The notes: generated by a model from the letters alone, not told the origin. A stretch of DNA of 53,509 nt from an uncultured Gemmatimonadaceae bacterium (GCA_964391035.1 CAYMLW010000002.1:1-53509), one strand, 5' to 3'. Shown: positions 33,794 through 42,478, numbered from the stretch's first letter. Numbers and translations: made by a program.

Positions 33794-34503
33794 GGGGCCC
33801 CTCCTCCCAGGACGGACCGGCTGAGGATGGCGGCCCGGTCCGGGTCCATCCGGCTGAGGATCGAGGCCGCCTGGCGCGGCTGGATGTGGCTGAGGATCGA
33901 CGTGATCTCGGCGTCGCTCATGTGGCCGAGCACCGCCGCGGCGTCGCGCGGCTGCATGGCCGCAAAGATCCGGGCGAGCTGTTTCGCGCCATCCACGGCC
34001 CGGGCCCTGAGCTGCTCGTCCCCGGCTCCGTTGTCCGTACCGTCGGCGATCGCCCCGCCGGTGGCCGGCCCGGATCCGGCAGAGCCGGCGCCGATCCCCG
34101 GCCGGTCCGTGGCCGGGGTCCGTGGGGCCCCCTCGTCCGGCGCGGCCGTCGGATCCGGCCGTGCGGTTGCCCCGGCGAGCGTGTCCTGCCCGGCGGGAGA
34201 GTCCGGCATTGCCAGGGCGTCCGGGGACGCGAGGGAGCCAGCCGGAGGAGCGGTCGCCGGATCGGGGGCGTCCCGGGGCGTATCCGGATCGAGATCGGGC
34301 GGATCGGTCCGTGGGACCTCGTCCGTCTCATGCGACGGGGCGTCGGGGGAATCCGCCGCGGGGTCCGTCCCCGGGGCCTCGGCCGCGTGGGCGACGTCGG
34401 TGGCCAGGACATCGACGGCCGCCTCCCAGGTGGTGACCGTCCATGCGGTCCCGACCACGATCCCGAGCAGCAGTGCCGCGAGCGGCAGGATCAGCGCTTT
34501 CAT
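33790..34503 (-). CDS. MotE/YlxF-like protein with MgtE-N-type domain
   Basis: N-terminal TM, a Pro/Asp-rich spacer and the C-terminal 'FAAMQPRDAAAVLGHMSDAEITSILSHIQPRQAASILSRMDPDRAA'. It sits between fliJ and fliK, as ylxF does in Bacillus. Confidence 0.6.
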   Translation of the reverse strand: MKALILPLAALLLGIVVGTAWTVTTWEAAVDVLATDVAHAAEAPGTDPAADSPDAPSHETDEVPRTDPPDLDPDTPRDAPDPATAPPAGSLASPDALAMPDSPAGQDTLAGATARPDPTAAPDEGAPRTPATDRPGIGAGSAGSGPATGGAIADGTDNGAGDEQLRARAVDGAKQLARIFAAMQPRDAAAVLGHMSDAEITSILSHIQPRQAASILSRMDPDRAAILSRSVLGGGAP

Positions 34504-34958
34504 GCGGCCCCGTGCCTTTCGCGACGCTGGAACCGGCCGATGGCGATGTCATCCATCCGCTTCGTTTCGGCTTCCCGGAGCGCGAGGCGCCACGCTTCGT
34601 GCTTCCTGTCCTTGAGCTGGTCCATCACGCGTCGGTCCTGCATGGCCGTCACGAACTCCGCGCGCGAGGACTTCACCGATTCCGCGGCCTCTTCGTACTT
34701 CTCCTCGGCCTCTACGAGCCGCGCCGAGAGCTGTTCGATCACCCGGCTCAGATTGCGGAGCTGGCCCACCGACCGACCTTCCGTGTGCGCCCGCATCAGC
34801 TTCTCGGCCTCTTCGGCCCGGATCTCCCGGAGCCGGTCCAGGCACCGACGCGCTTCGTCCGCCTGCCGCTGCGCCTCCGCCAGGGCCCGGGCCTGGTTCT
34901 TCTCCCGCTCTTCACGCAGCTCGAGGATCTTCTGGAGACCGAACCGGAACGAGCTCAT
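34500..34958 (-). CDS. fliJ: flagellar export stalk protein FliJ
   Basis: 152-aa coiled coil. 'FRFGLQKILELREEREKNQARALAEAQ' is a typical FliJ N-terminus. Sits in the position after fliI. Confidence 0.8.
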   Translation of the reverse strand: MSSFRFGLQKILELREEREKNQARALAEAQRQADEARRCLDRLREIRAEEAEKLMRAHTEGRSVGQLRNLSRVIEQLSARLVEAEEKYEEAAESVKSSRAEFVTAMQDRRVMDQLKDRKHEAWRLALREAETKRMDDIAIGRFQRRERHGAA

Positions 34959-36271
34959 GACTCACCCTCCCCCGCCACCAGCCTCAGGATCCGGTCCCGG
35001 GTCTCCCGGAAGGGCGTGTGGTCCCCGGCGTCCTGCCGCAGGAATCCGTTGATCGGGTCGCGCAGCGCGATCGCCCGGTCGAGGGCCGGGTCGGACCCCT
35101 CCTGGTACGCGCCGACGGAGATCAGGTCCTCCCGCTCCCGGTACGTGGCGATGTGGCCGGCGAGGTTGTCCGCCGCCCGCCGATGCTCGTCGTCGATGAC
35201 CGAGTTCCGCACGCGGCTCACGCTGCCCAGCACATCGACGGCCGGGTAGTGGCCCGCGGAGGCGAGGGAGCGGCTGAGGGAGATGTGGCCGTCGAGGATG
35301 GAGCGCGTCGCGTCGGCGACGGGCTCGTTGAAGTCATCGCCCTCGACCAGGACGGTGTAGATCCCGGTGATCCCGCCCACGCGACCGTTTCCAGCGCGCT
35401 CGAGGAGACGCGGGAGGTTGGCGAAAACCGATGGCGGATAGCCCTTGGTGGTCGGGGGCTCACCCACCGCCAGCCCGATCTCGCGCCATGCCGTGGCCAC
35501 CCGTGTGATGGAATCGACCATCAGCATCACGCTCTTACCCTGGTCGCGGAAGTACTCGGCGATGGCCGTCGCCACCAGAGCACCGCGGGCGCGGATCAGT
35601 GCGGCCTCATCGCCCGTGGCCACCACGACAACAGACCGGCTGAGGCCCGTGGCGCCGAGGGACTGGCTGAGGAACTCGCGCACCTCCCGGCCCCGCTCGC
35701 CGAGCAACGCGATCACGTTGACGTCCGCCGAGGTGTATCGGGCGATCATGCCCAACAGCGTGCTCTTTCCCACCCCGCTCCCCGAGAAGATGCCGACGCG
35801 CTGGCCCCGGCCGATGGTGGTCATGCCGTCTATGGCGCGGATCCCCGTCTCGATCGGGTCGCTGATCTCCCGCCGGTCGAGGGGGTTCGGCGGCTCGGCG
35901 GCCAGGGGCACCCGGGTGAGGGGTCCGACGGGGCCGCCGCCATCGATGGGCCGGCCCAGGCCGTCCACGACTCGGCCCAGCAGGCCGGGGCCCACGTCCA
36001 CGCCGAAGGACCGGCCGAGCGGCTCCACGGAGCTGCCGGGATGGACGCCGCCGATCTCGCCCAGGGGGAGCAGGAGGACGCCGCGCTCGTGGAACCCCGC
36101 CACCTCGGCCAGCAGCGTGTGGTCGTCGGTCAGGCTCTGGATCCGACACAGCTCGCCGACGCCGACGTTCAGGCCCGTGGCCTCGATCACCAGCCCTACG
36201 ACCCGGTTCACACGGCCGAGGCGCGTAAGCCGCTCGATTCCCTTCAACCGCTCGATCAACGCGTCAACCAT
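34955..36271 (-). CDS. fliI: flagellum-specific ATPase FliI
   Basis: Walker A 'GSGVGKST', Walker B 'VMLMVDSITR', and an F1-beta-like layout throughout. Confidence 0.97.
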   Translation of the reverse strand: MVDALIERLKGIERLTRLGRVNRVVGLVIEATGLNVGVGELCRIQSLTDDHTLLAEVAGFHERGVLLLPLGEIGGVHPGSSVEPLGRSFGVDVGPGLLGRVVDGLGRPIDGGGPVGPLTRVPLAAEPPNPLDRREISDPIETGIRAIDGMTTIGRGQRVGIFSGSGVGKSTLLGMIARYTSADVNVIALLGERGREVREFLSQSLGATGLSRSVVVVATGDEAALIRARGALVATAIAEYFRDQGKSVMLMVDSITRVATAWREIGLAVGEPPTTKGYPPSVFANLPRLLERAGNGRVGGITGIYTVLVEGDDFNEPVADATRSILDGHISLSRSLASAGHYPAVDVLGSVSRVRNSVIDDEHRRAADNLAGHIATYREREDLISVGAYQEGSDPALDRAIALRDPINGFLRQDAGDHTPFRETRDRILRLVAGEGES

Positions 36272-36929
36272 AGATCAGCTCGGTGTAGATGCGGTCCAGG
36301 GCCTTCTCGACCCGGCCATCGACAATGGCATCCGGCCCCTCCACTACGCAGCCGCCGATGGCGATGCCGGGGTCCGGGACCCAACGGACGTCCGGGCCCG
36401 TCTCGGTGCCGTCGCTGCCCCGGGGCGTGGAGATGGCCGTGAGGTCGGCGGGGTTGAGGCGGACCCGGAGCGACGTCGTGATCGGGAACTCGCTCACCGC
36501 CTCGCGGACCAGCGACTTCACGTCTTCCGCGCTTCCCTTCAGTTCCCGCCCGATGATCGCCCGGGCGATGGCCGTAGCCAGCGCGACGAGGTTCTTCTCG
36601 AGGTTCTCGATCCACCCCGGCGCCTCGTCCCGGACCTGGCCCATCAACGCCTCGCACGCCTGCACCGCGGAGGCCAACCGGTCGCCTTCCGTGGCCCGGC
36701 CCTCGGCCAGGCCCTTGTCGTAGCCCTCCTGGTAGGCCTGGTCGATCCGGGCCTGCCGCTCGTCCTCGGCGGAGGGCTCCGGCGCCGGCTCGGGCACCTC
36801 GGAGGTTGGGGCCCCGAAATCGCCGTTCGCGCGTTCCTTCGGGTCGATGGCGCTCGGCTCCCACGCGGCCACGCCGGACGTCTCATCCCCGATCGAGCCG
36901 CGACTGCGGGGCCTACTCGACCAGTACAT
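36264..36929 (-). CDS. fliH: flagellar export regulator FliH
   Basis: 'QAYQEGYDKGLAEGRA' repeat region and the C-terminal 'GGCVVEGPDAIVDGRVEKALDRI', typical of FliH. The start is uncertain (it overlaps the fliG end by 17 nt). Confidence 0.8.
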   Translation of the reverse strand: MYWSSRPRSRGSIGDETSGVAAWEPSAIDPKERANGDFGAPTSEVPEPAPEPSAEDERQARIDQAYQEGYDKGLAEGRATEGDRLASAVQACEALMGQVRDEAPGWIENLEKNLVALATAIARAIIGRELKGSAEDVKSLVREAVSEFPITTSLRVRLNPADLTAISTPRGSDGTETGPDVRWVPDPGIAIGGCVVEGPDAIVDGRVEKALDRIYTELIYG

Positions 36930-37953
36930 CGTCGTCTCCGGCGGAAATGACGATCTCGCCCGCTTCCTCGAGCCCGCGCGCGATCTTCACGATCTCGGCC
37001 TGCGCCGCCTCCACATCGCTCAGGCGGACCGGGCCGAGGAACTCCATCTCGTCCGTCAGCGTGGTGAGCGCACGCTGAGACATGGTCTCCTTGATCTTGT
37101 CCTTCAGATCCTCCGTGGCCGCCTTCAGCGCCAGCGCCAGCGTCTTGGTATCGACCTCCGACAGCAGCCGCTGCAGCGCCCGCGGGTCGAGTTTGACCAC
37201 GTCCTCGAAGACGAACATCAGATCCTTGATCTCGTCCGAGAGGTTCGCGTCGCGCTCCGCCAGACGCCCCATCAGCTCCTTCTCGAGGGTCCCGGCCAGA
37301 AGGTTCATCACGTGGGCGACGGCCGTGGGACCGCCCGCCGCGCTCAGCTCCTGGCTCAGCGCGAGCTCCGACGTCCCGCCCACGGTCGACTTGATCACGT
37401 CCAGGACCTCAGGGGAGACCTTGTCCATCCGGGCCATCCGGAAGATCACGTCCGCGCCCACGCCCGGGTCCAGATCCCGGATCACTTCCGCCGTCTGGCC
37501 GGCATCCAGATGGGCGAGGACCAGCGCGATGGCCTGGGGGTGCTCGCTCCGGAGCACGCTCGCGAGTTGTTGCGGGTCGACTTTGCGCAGGTCGTACAAC
37601 CCGCTCCGGTCCTTGAGCTGGGTCTCGATGCGCTCCAGCACCGACACCGCCCGGTCCTTCCCCAGGGCGGTCTCCAGGATCTCCTGGGCCACGCCCACGC
37701 CGCCCGTGGCCAGCGATGACGCGGCCCGCTCGGTCTCGTACCACTCTTCGAGGACGGCCTCCGCCACCTCCGGCGGAACGGCCTCCATCCGGGCCACCTC
37801 CAGGGTCACGGCCTCCAGCTCATCCGGAGACATGGCCTGGGTCAGGTGGACCGATGCCTGGGGTCCCAGCGCCATCAACAGGACGGCGACCTTTTCCCGA
37901 CCCGAGAGTTGGTCGACATTCAGGGCGCGCGTCTTCAGACCGGACGGGCTCAC
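36913..37953 (-). CDS. fliG: rotor switch protein FliG
   Basis: 'LSGREKVAVLLMALG', 'VLERIE', 'MFVFEDV' and 'ALKAATEDLKDKI' are FliG blocks. 346 aa. Confidence 0.95.
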   Translation of the reverse strand: MSPSGLKTRALNVDQLSGREKVAVLLMALGPQASVHLTQAMSPDELEAVTLEVARMEAVPPEVAEAVLEEWYETERAASSLATGGVGVAQEILETALGKDRAVSVLERIETQLKDRSGLYDLRKVDPQQLASVLRSEHPQAIALVLAHLDAGQTAEVIRDLDPGVGADVIFRMARMDKVSPEVLDVIKSTVGGTSELALSQELSAAGGPTAVAHVMNLLAGTLEKELMGRLAERDANLSDEIKDLMFVFEDVVKLDPRALQRLLSEVDTKTLALALKAATEDLKDKIKETMSQRALTTLTDEMEFLGPVRLSDVEAAQAEIVKIARGLEEAGEIVISAGDDDVLVE

Positions 37954-37957
37954 TGGA

Positions 37958-39451
37958 CTACTCCTTCAGCCAGGCTTGCATGACGCGGGCGGCCATGTCC
38001 GGCCGCTCCAGCACTCCTGACGTCACTTCCTGCATTCGTTCGGCCTGGACGGCGCTCAACTGCTTCCGCAGCCCCGCGCTCTTGTTCAAGGCGCGAACCG
38101 ACGCCGACGCGCCCCCGGACAGCGACTCGGCGGCCCCGGCCTCGAGCATCCGACCCGGTTCCTGGATCCCCTCACCCGCCGTGCGGACCAGCTTGAGCCC
38201 GAGGACGAAGGCCAGGATGAGCGCCAGCACCGTGAGAACCGGGCGCTGGAGCTGGTCCCATACCTCCCAGAGGCCGGGACCCGACGGGGGCGGCGGCAGC
38301 GACGCCGGCTCGCCGCCGAACGGCACCGCTACCACTGAGATGACGTCGCCTCGACCGGGGTCCATGCCTACCGCGGCCGCGACCAGGGTCTCGATCCGGA
38401 CGGGGTCCGGGGCCGGGGCACCTTCCGCGGCCGCGGCCTCGTTCACCAGGACCGCGACCGACAGGCGCTTCACGTCGCCGTAACCGCCCGAGAATCGTTC
38501 CACCGTGCGGGTGGTCTCGTAGTCCGTCTTGTAGGCCACCGAGCCGGCGCCCACGTCCTCCGGGCCCGGCGTGACCTCCGTCCGCTCCTCCCGCGTCACC
38601 AGCTGGTCTTCCGGGCTCACCGACTGGACGGTCCGGTCCACCCGGTCCAGGTCGAGCTCCGCCGCAACCCGGACCCGCACGTTTCCGGGTCCGACCACGT
38701 CGTTCACCAGCGCTTCCGCCTTCCCTTCCAGGTACCTCTCGACGCTCTCACGGAGCTCGAGCTGCCGGCTGGTCATGCTGAACCCCGTATCGCCCTCCAC
38801 CGACCGGGACAGGAGCCGGCCGGTGTGGTCCAGCACGCTCACGTGCTCGCTCGCGAGCTCGTCCACGCTGCTGGCCACCAGGAAGGTCACGCCCTCGACC
38901 AGGCTGTCCGTGGGACGCGCGCCGGAGCGCATTCGTACCACGACCGACGCCTCCGTGGGTCGGGAGCTGCGGCGGAGCACGGAGGCCTGCTGGAGGGCGA
39001 GATGGACCCGGGCGCTCTCCACGCTGTCCATCTCTCCGATCGTGCGCTCGAGCTCGCCCTCCAGGGCGCGCCGGTAGTTGATCCGCTGGGTGAAGTCGGT
39101 CATCCCCCAGGCCGGCTGATCGAAGAGCTCAAAGCCGGGTCCCGATTCGCCCGGCAGGCCGCGACTCGCGAGCTCGACCCGGGCCCGGGCGAGGTCGTCT
39201 TCTGCGACCTCGAGCCGGAGGCCGCCGGCCCCGAGCCGGTAGGCGATCCCGGCCTCGTCAAGCCCCTTCGTGACCTCGCCCACGGCATCGAGAGGGAGCC
39301 CCGTGGCCACCGGGACCCAGCGCGGACCGACGCCCCACGTCGCGATGAGTAGGAGCGCGACGATCAGCGCGACACCGGCCCCGAGGGCGAGAAGGCGTCG
39401 GCCGCCGAGCGCCGTGACCCGTTCCAGTATCAGATTGGCTCGCTCGCCCAC
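37958..39451 (-). CDS. fliF: MS-ring protein FliF
   Basis: N-terminal TM. 'YRLGAGGLRLEVAEDDLARARVELASRGLP', 'QRINYRRALEGELERTI' and 'ARVHL' are seen. There is a C-terminal TM and a FliG-binding tail. Confidence 0.9.
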   Translation of the reverse strand: MGERANLILERVTALGGRRLLALGAGVALIVALLLIATWGVGPRWVPVATGLPLDAVGEVTKGLDEAGIAYRLGAGGLRLEVAEDDLARARVELASRGLPGESGPGFELFDQPAWGMTDFTQRINYRRALEGELERTIGEMDSVESARVHLALQQASVLRRSSRPTEASVVVRMRSGARPTDSLVEGVTFLVASSVDELASEHVSVLDHTGRLLSRSVEGDTGFSMTSRQLELRESVERYLEGKAEALVNDVVGPGNVRVRVAAELDLDRVDRTVQSVSPEDQLVTREERTEVTPGPEDVGAGSVAYKTDYETTRTVERFSGGYGDVKRLSVAVLVNEAAAAEGAPAPDPVRIETLVAAAVGMDPGRGDVISVVAVPFGGEPASLPPPPSGPGLWEVWDQLQRPVLTVLALILAFVLGLKLVRTAGEGIQEPGRMLEAGAAESLSGGASASVRALNKSAGLRKQLSAVQAERMQEVTSGVLERPDMAARVMQAWLKE

Positions 39452-39455
39452 GGCC

Positions 39456-39758
39456 TCACCCCTGCATGTTGATCACCGAGCGATACGCCTCGGTGAGCTT
39501 GTTGCGGATTTCGATCAGCAGCTCCAGCGCGATCCCCGCCTCCTCCGTGGCGGCCATGACCTCGTGGAGTTCGACCGGCTCGCCTCGCAGGAACGCACCC
39601 ACGGCATCGCGGGCATTGTCCTGGAGCTGCGACACCTCCCCCAGCGCTTCCTTCAGCGCATCGCCGAACGAGCCGTCCGGCCGGGCCATCCCCTCGATGC
39701 TCTGACGCCCGGTGTCCAGACGCTGCGGCGCGACCTGGCCGATCCCCTGAATCGCCAT
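39456..39758 (-). CDS. fliE: basal-body protein FliE
   Basis: 100 aa. 'SFGDALKEALGEVSQLQDNA' and 'LHEVMAATEEAGIALELLIEIRNKLTEAYRSVINM' are the FliE signature. Confidence 0.85.
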   Translation of the reverse strand: MAIQGIGQVAPQRLDTGRQSIEGMARPDGSFGDALKEALGEVSQLQDNARDAVGAFLRGEPVELHEVMAATEEAGIALELLIEIRNKLTEAYRSVINMQG

Positions 39759-39759
39759 G

Positions 39760-40086
39760 TCAGATCCTCAGGTCGAGCCGGTGGCCCCGGGCGGGAGGCG
39801 TGGACGGCCCCTCCGCGCGTGGCCCGTACGTCACGCCGCCCATGGCCGCGAAGCGGGCGAAGTGGGCCCGCTCTTCGGTGGTGAGCAGGCTCCACAGCTC
39901 TGCGTCGACCCCTTCCGGGACCGACTCCAGCTCGCCCACCGCAGCCGGGACCTCCGGCACCACGGGCCGCGCCGTTTCCGTCTGGCCGGAGCGGGCCGGG
40001 CTCGTGCTGTCACTGTCGTCGGGACGGCGACCCGGCTCGCCTCGGAAGACGTCCGGGATCACCGGACCGATTCCTCGTACGCTCAT
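39760..40086 (-). CDS. hypothetical protein inserted between flgC and fliE
   Basis: 108 codons with strong GC3 bias. GAGGAG lies 8 nt before the ATG, and the stop lies 1 nt before the fliE ATG. The N-half is Pro-rich and the C-half reads 'ELWSLLTTEERAHFARFAAMGGVTYGP'. No family recognised. Confidence 0.55.
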   Translation of the reverse strand: MSVRGIGPVIPDVFRGEPGRRPDDSDSTSPARSGQTETARPVVPEVPAAVGELESVPEGVDAELWSLLTTEERAHFARFAAMGGVTYGPRAEGPSTPPARGHRLDLRI

Positions 40087-40097
40087 ACCGCTACTCC

Positions 40098-40583
40098 TCA
40101 GATCTCTGTGGCGCGTCGGAGCATGCTCTTGACGGCGTCGAACACGGTGGCATTCGCCTCGTACAGACGCCGGGCTTCCATCATCGTCACCAGTTCATCC
40201 GTGACCCGGACATTGGGGTACCGGACGTAGCCATCGGCATCGGCGTCGGGGTGCGACGGGTCATAGACCAGCGGACCCTCGCCCGCGGCTTCCTCGACCC
40301 CGTTCACCACCACTCCCGTCGCGTCCGCCTGGCCCGGCAGCTCGCCGGGTGGGATCGCGACCGGGGCCTCCCCCGCCGCAGGGGCGCGACCCGACCCGAC
40401 CGGGCCGGGCGAGAGGCTCACCCGCTTTGCCCGATACGGACCCCCCTCGGCCGTCCGCGTGGTCTCGGCGTTCGCGATGTTCGTCGCGGCCGCTTCGATC
40501 CGACGGCGCTGGGCCGACAGGCCGCTCGCCGCGATCCCCAGTCCACGGAACAGACGCGACCCCACCCCCCCGAGCTCCGACAT
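40098..40583 (-). CDS. flgC: proximal rod protein FlgC
   Basis: 'SGLSAQRRRIEAAATNIANAETTRTAEGGPYR' and the C-terminal 'YPNVRVTDELVTMMEARRLYEAN'. Confidence 0.9.
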   Translation of the reverse strand: MSELGGVGSRLFRGLGIAASGLSAQRRRIEAAATNIANAETTRTAEGGPYRAKRVSLSPGPVGSGRAPAAGEAPVAIPPGELPGQADATGVVVNGVEEAAGEGPLVYDPSHPDADADGYVRYPNVRVTDELVTMMEARRLYEANATVFDAVKSMLRRATEI

Positions 40584-40852
40584 CAGCGCTCCCTCACGCT
40601 CGCCCGGACCTGGGCATAGACTTTCTGGAGCAGTCGGGCGGTGGCCTCGTAGCGGAGCTGCTCGTCCGCGAGCGTCACCATCTCCCGCTCCACATCGATC
40701 GCCTCACCCGCAGCATCCAATTCCGCCGCGAAATCACCGCTCGACACATTGGCTACCCGGGTGGCAACCTCCCGAACGCGGCGACTGCTCGCACCCAGCC
40801 CCTCTTTCAGGAGCGCGGCAGTCGTATCGCCTCCGAGAATTCTGTTCAGCAT
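40583..40852 (-). CDS. flgB: proximal rod protein FlgB (short, divergent)
   Basis: Sits in the flgB position. 'REVATRVANVSSGDF' is a degenerate rod motif. The C-terminal 'EMVTLADEQLRYEATARLLQKVY' is typical FlgB. ATG 40852 is chosen because the sigma-54 promoter candidate lies inside the longer track ORF. Confidence 0.65.
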   Translation of the reverse strand: MLNRILGGDTTAALLKEGLGASSRRVREVATRVANVSSGDFAAELDAAGEAIDVEREMVTLADEQLRYEATARLLQKVYAQVRASVRER

Positions 40853-40906
40853 GGCCTCGTCACCGATTTCGTTGCGTTGGGTTGCGTCCGTGCACGGCCT
40901 GTCGAA

Positions 40907-40922
40907 GGCAACCCGTGTTCCA
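40907..40922 (-). promoter_or_regulatory. sigma-54 (-24/-12) promoter candidate for the flgB operon
   Basis: Minus strand reads TGGAACA-CGGG-TTGCC, with exact GG-N10-GC spacing. The -12 element ends about 55 nt upstream of the flgB ATG. Confidence 0.5.
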
Positions 40923-41108
40923 TGAGCGATCTTCGGGCGCCTCGATCTCATCGGCGTTGCCATAAGTACTTATGCCATACTGCTTTACGGCTGTATGTTA
41001 GGCGGGGCGTCGGGCCGGCAATGGAATTCTCGGTGGACGGCGGATGGGATCCGCGTCGCCGGAAGCGGAAGGAGTTTCCGGGCGGAGCGGGACGGCTTTG
41101 CCGGGTGG

Positions 41109-42461
41109 CTAGTCGGGTTGGTTGAGCTTGTTGCGGAGCGTTCGGACGCTGATCCCGAGGAGCTCGGCCGCCCGGGTCCGGTTCTGCTCGGTCTCCTCGA
41201 GGGCCCGCTCGATGAGGGCGGCCTCGGCCTCCTTGACGTCGAAGGAGTCGAGGGTGACCACGCCGCCGGTGGCCGGCCGGTGGTTGTTCGTGGCGCCGAG
41301 GAGCCCGAGCTGGAAGTCGCAGGGCTCGAGGACGGGCCCGGAGGCGAGGATGACGGCGCGCTCGACGGCGTGGGACAGCTCCCGGACGTTGCCGGGCCAG
41401 TCGTGGGAAAGGAGGAGATCGAGCGCGTCCTTGGACACGCCGGTGATCTCCTTGTCCGTGGATTCGGCGGCCCGGGCGGCGAAGCGCTGGGCGAGGGGCG
41501 GGATGTCGTCCTTGCGGTCCCGGAGCGGAGGGATCGTGACGGGTACGACGGCGAGGCGGTAGTACAGGTCTTCCCGGAGGCCGCCGTCCTGGACGGCCTC
41601 GGCCAGGTCCCGGTTCGACGTACCGACGATCCGCACATCCACGCGTATGGGCGTGCCCCCGCCCACCCGCTCGAACTCCTGCTCCTGGAGCACGCGCAGG
41701 AGCTTGGCCTGGAGCTCGGGCCGCATCTCGGTCACCTCGTCGAGGAGGAGGGTGCCCCTGTCGGCCCGCTCGAACGCGCCCTTGGTCATCCGGATGGCGC
41801 CGGTGAAGGCGCCCTTCTCGTGCCCGAACAGCGTGCTCTCGATGAGCGTCTCGGGGAGTGCGGCGCAGTTGACGGAGACGAAGGAGTTGTCGGCGCGGTC
41901 GCTCCAGTTGTGAACTGCCCGGGCGATGAGCTCCTTCCCGGTCCCGGACTCCCCCTGGACGAGGACGGTCGACCGGGTCGGTGCGACAGCCCGGACGAGG
42001 TCCAGCACTTTCTGCAGACCGGCGCTGTCGCCGACGATGGCGCGTTCACCGCGGATCTCCCGGACCTCGGCCTTGAGAGTGGCGTTCTCCCGGCGGAGCC
42101 TGGAAAGCTCCAGAGCCTGGTCGACGGCGATCGCGAGCTGCTGGATCCGGACCGGCTTGGCCAGGTAGTCGGTGGCGCCCGCCTTCATGGCCGAGACGGC
42201 GTGCTCGATGCTGCCGTGGCCGGTGACCATGATGAGCGGCAGGTCGTTCCCGTCGGCCCGGAGCTTCGTGACGAACTCGAGCCCGGTCATCCCGGGCATC
42301 CGGTAGTCGGTGATCACCAGGTCCACGCCGCCGCGGCCGAGAACGTTCAGCCCCGCCTCTCCGTTGGTCACCGGGATGACCCGGTGGTCGAGCTTTTCCA
42401 GAGCACTCTGGAACGTGTCCAGAATGACCCGGTCGTCGTCGACGCAGAGGATCGTGGCCAT
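41109..42461 (-). CDS. sigma-54-dependent response regulator (NtrC family; FlbD/FleR/FlrC-like)
   Basis: REC domain ('ILCVDDD', 'DLVITDYRMPGMTG'), AAA+ domain ('GESGTGKELIARAVH', 'GAFTGA', 'LLLDEV') and a Fis-type HTH ('RTRAAELLGISVRTLRNKL'). Confidence 0.9.
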   Translation of the reverse strand: MATILCVDDDRVILDTFQSALEKLDHRVIPVTNGEAGLNVLGRGGVDLVITDYRMPGMTGLEFVTKLRADGNDLPLIMVTGHGSIEHAVSAMKAGATDYLAKPVRIQQLAIAVDQALELSRLRRENATLKAEVREIRGERAIVGDSAGLQKVLDLVRAVAPTRSTVLVQGESGTGKELIARAVHNWSDRADNSFVSVNCAALPETLIESTLFGHEKGAFTGAIRMTKGAFERADRGTLLLDEVTEMRPELQAKLLRVLQEQEFERVGGGTPIRVDVRIVGTSNRDLAEAVQDGGLREDLYYRLAVVPVTIPPLRDRKDDIPPLAQRFAARAAESTDKEITGVSKDALDLLLSHDWPGNVRELSHAVERAVILASGPVLEPCDFQLGLLGATNNHRPATGGVVTLDSFDVKEAEAALIERALEETEQNRTRAAELLGISVRTLRNKLNQPD

Positions 42462-42478
42462 CTTTTTAGCGTGCCGGC

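Noticed and set aside
40959-40978. TGGCATAAGTACTTATGGCA (minus strand), which superficially looks like a sigma-54 -24 element.
   Set aside because: Twelve nt after either GG there is no GC (TT/TA instead), so the GG-N10-GC spacing rule fails. I treated it only as an AT-rich palindrome.
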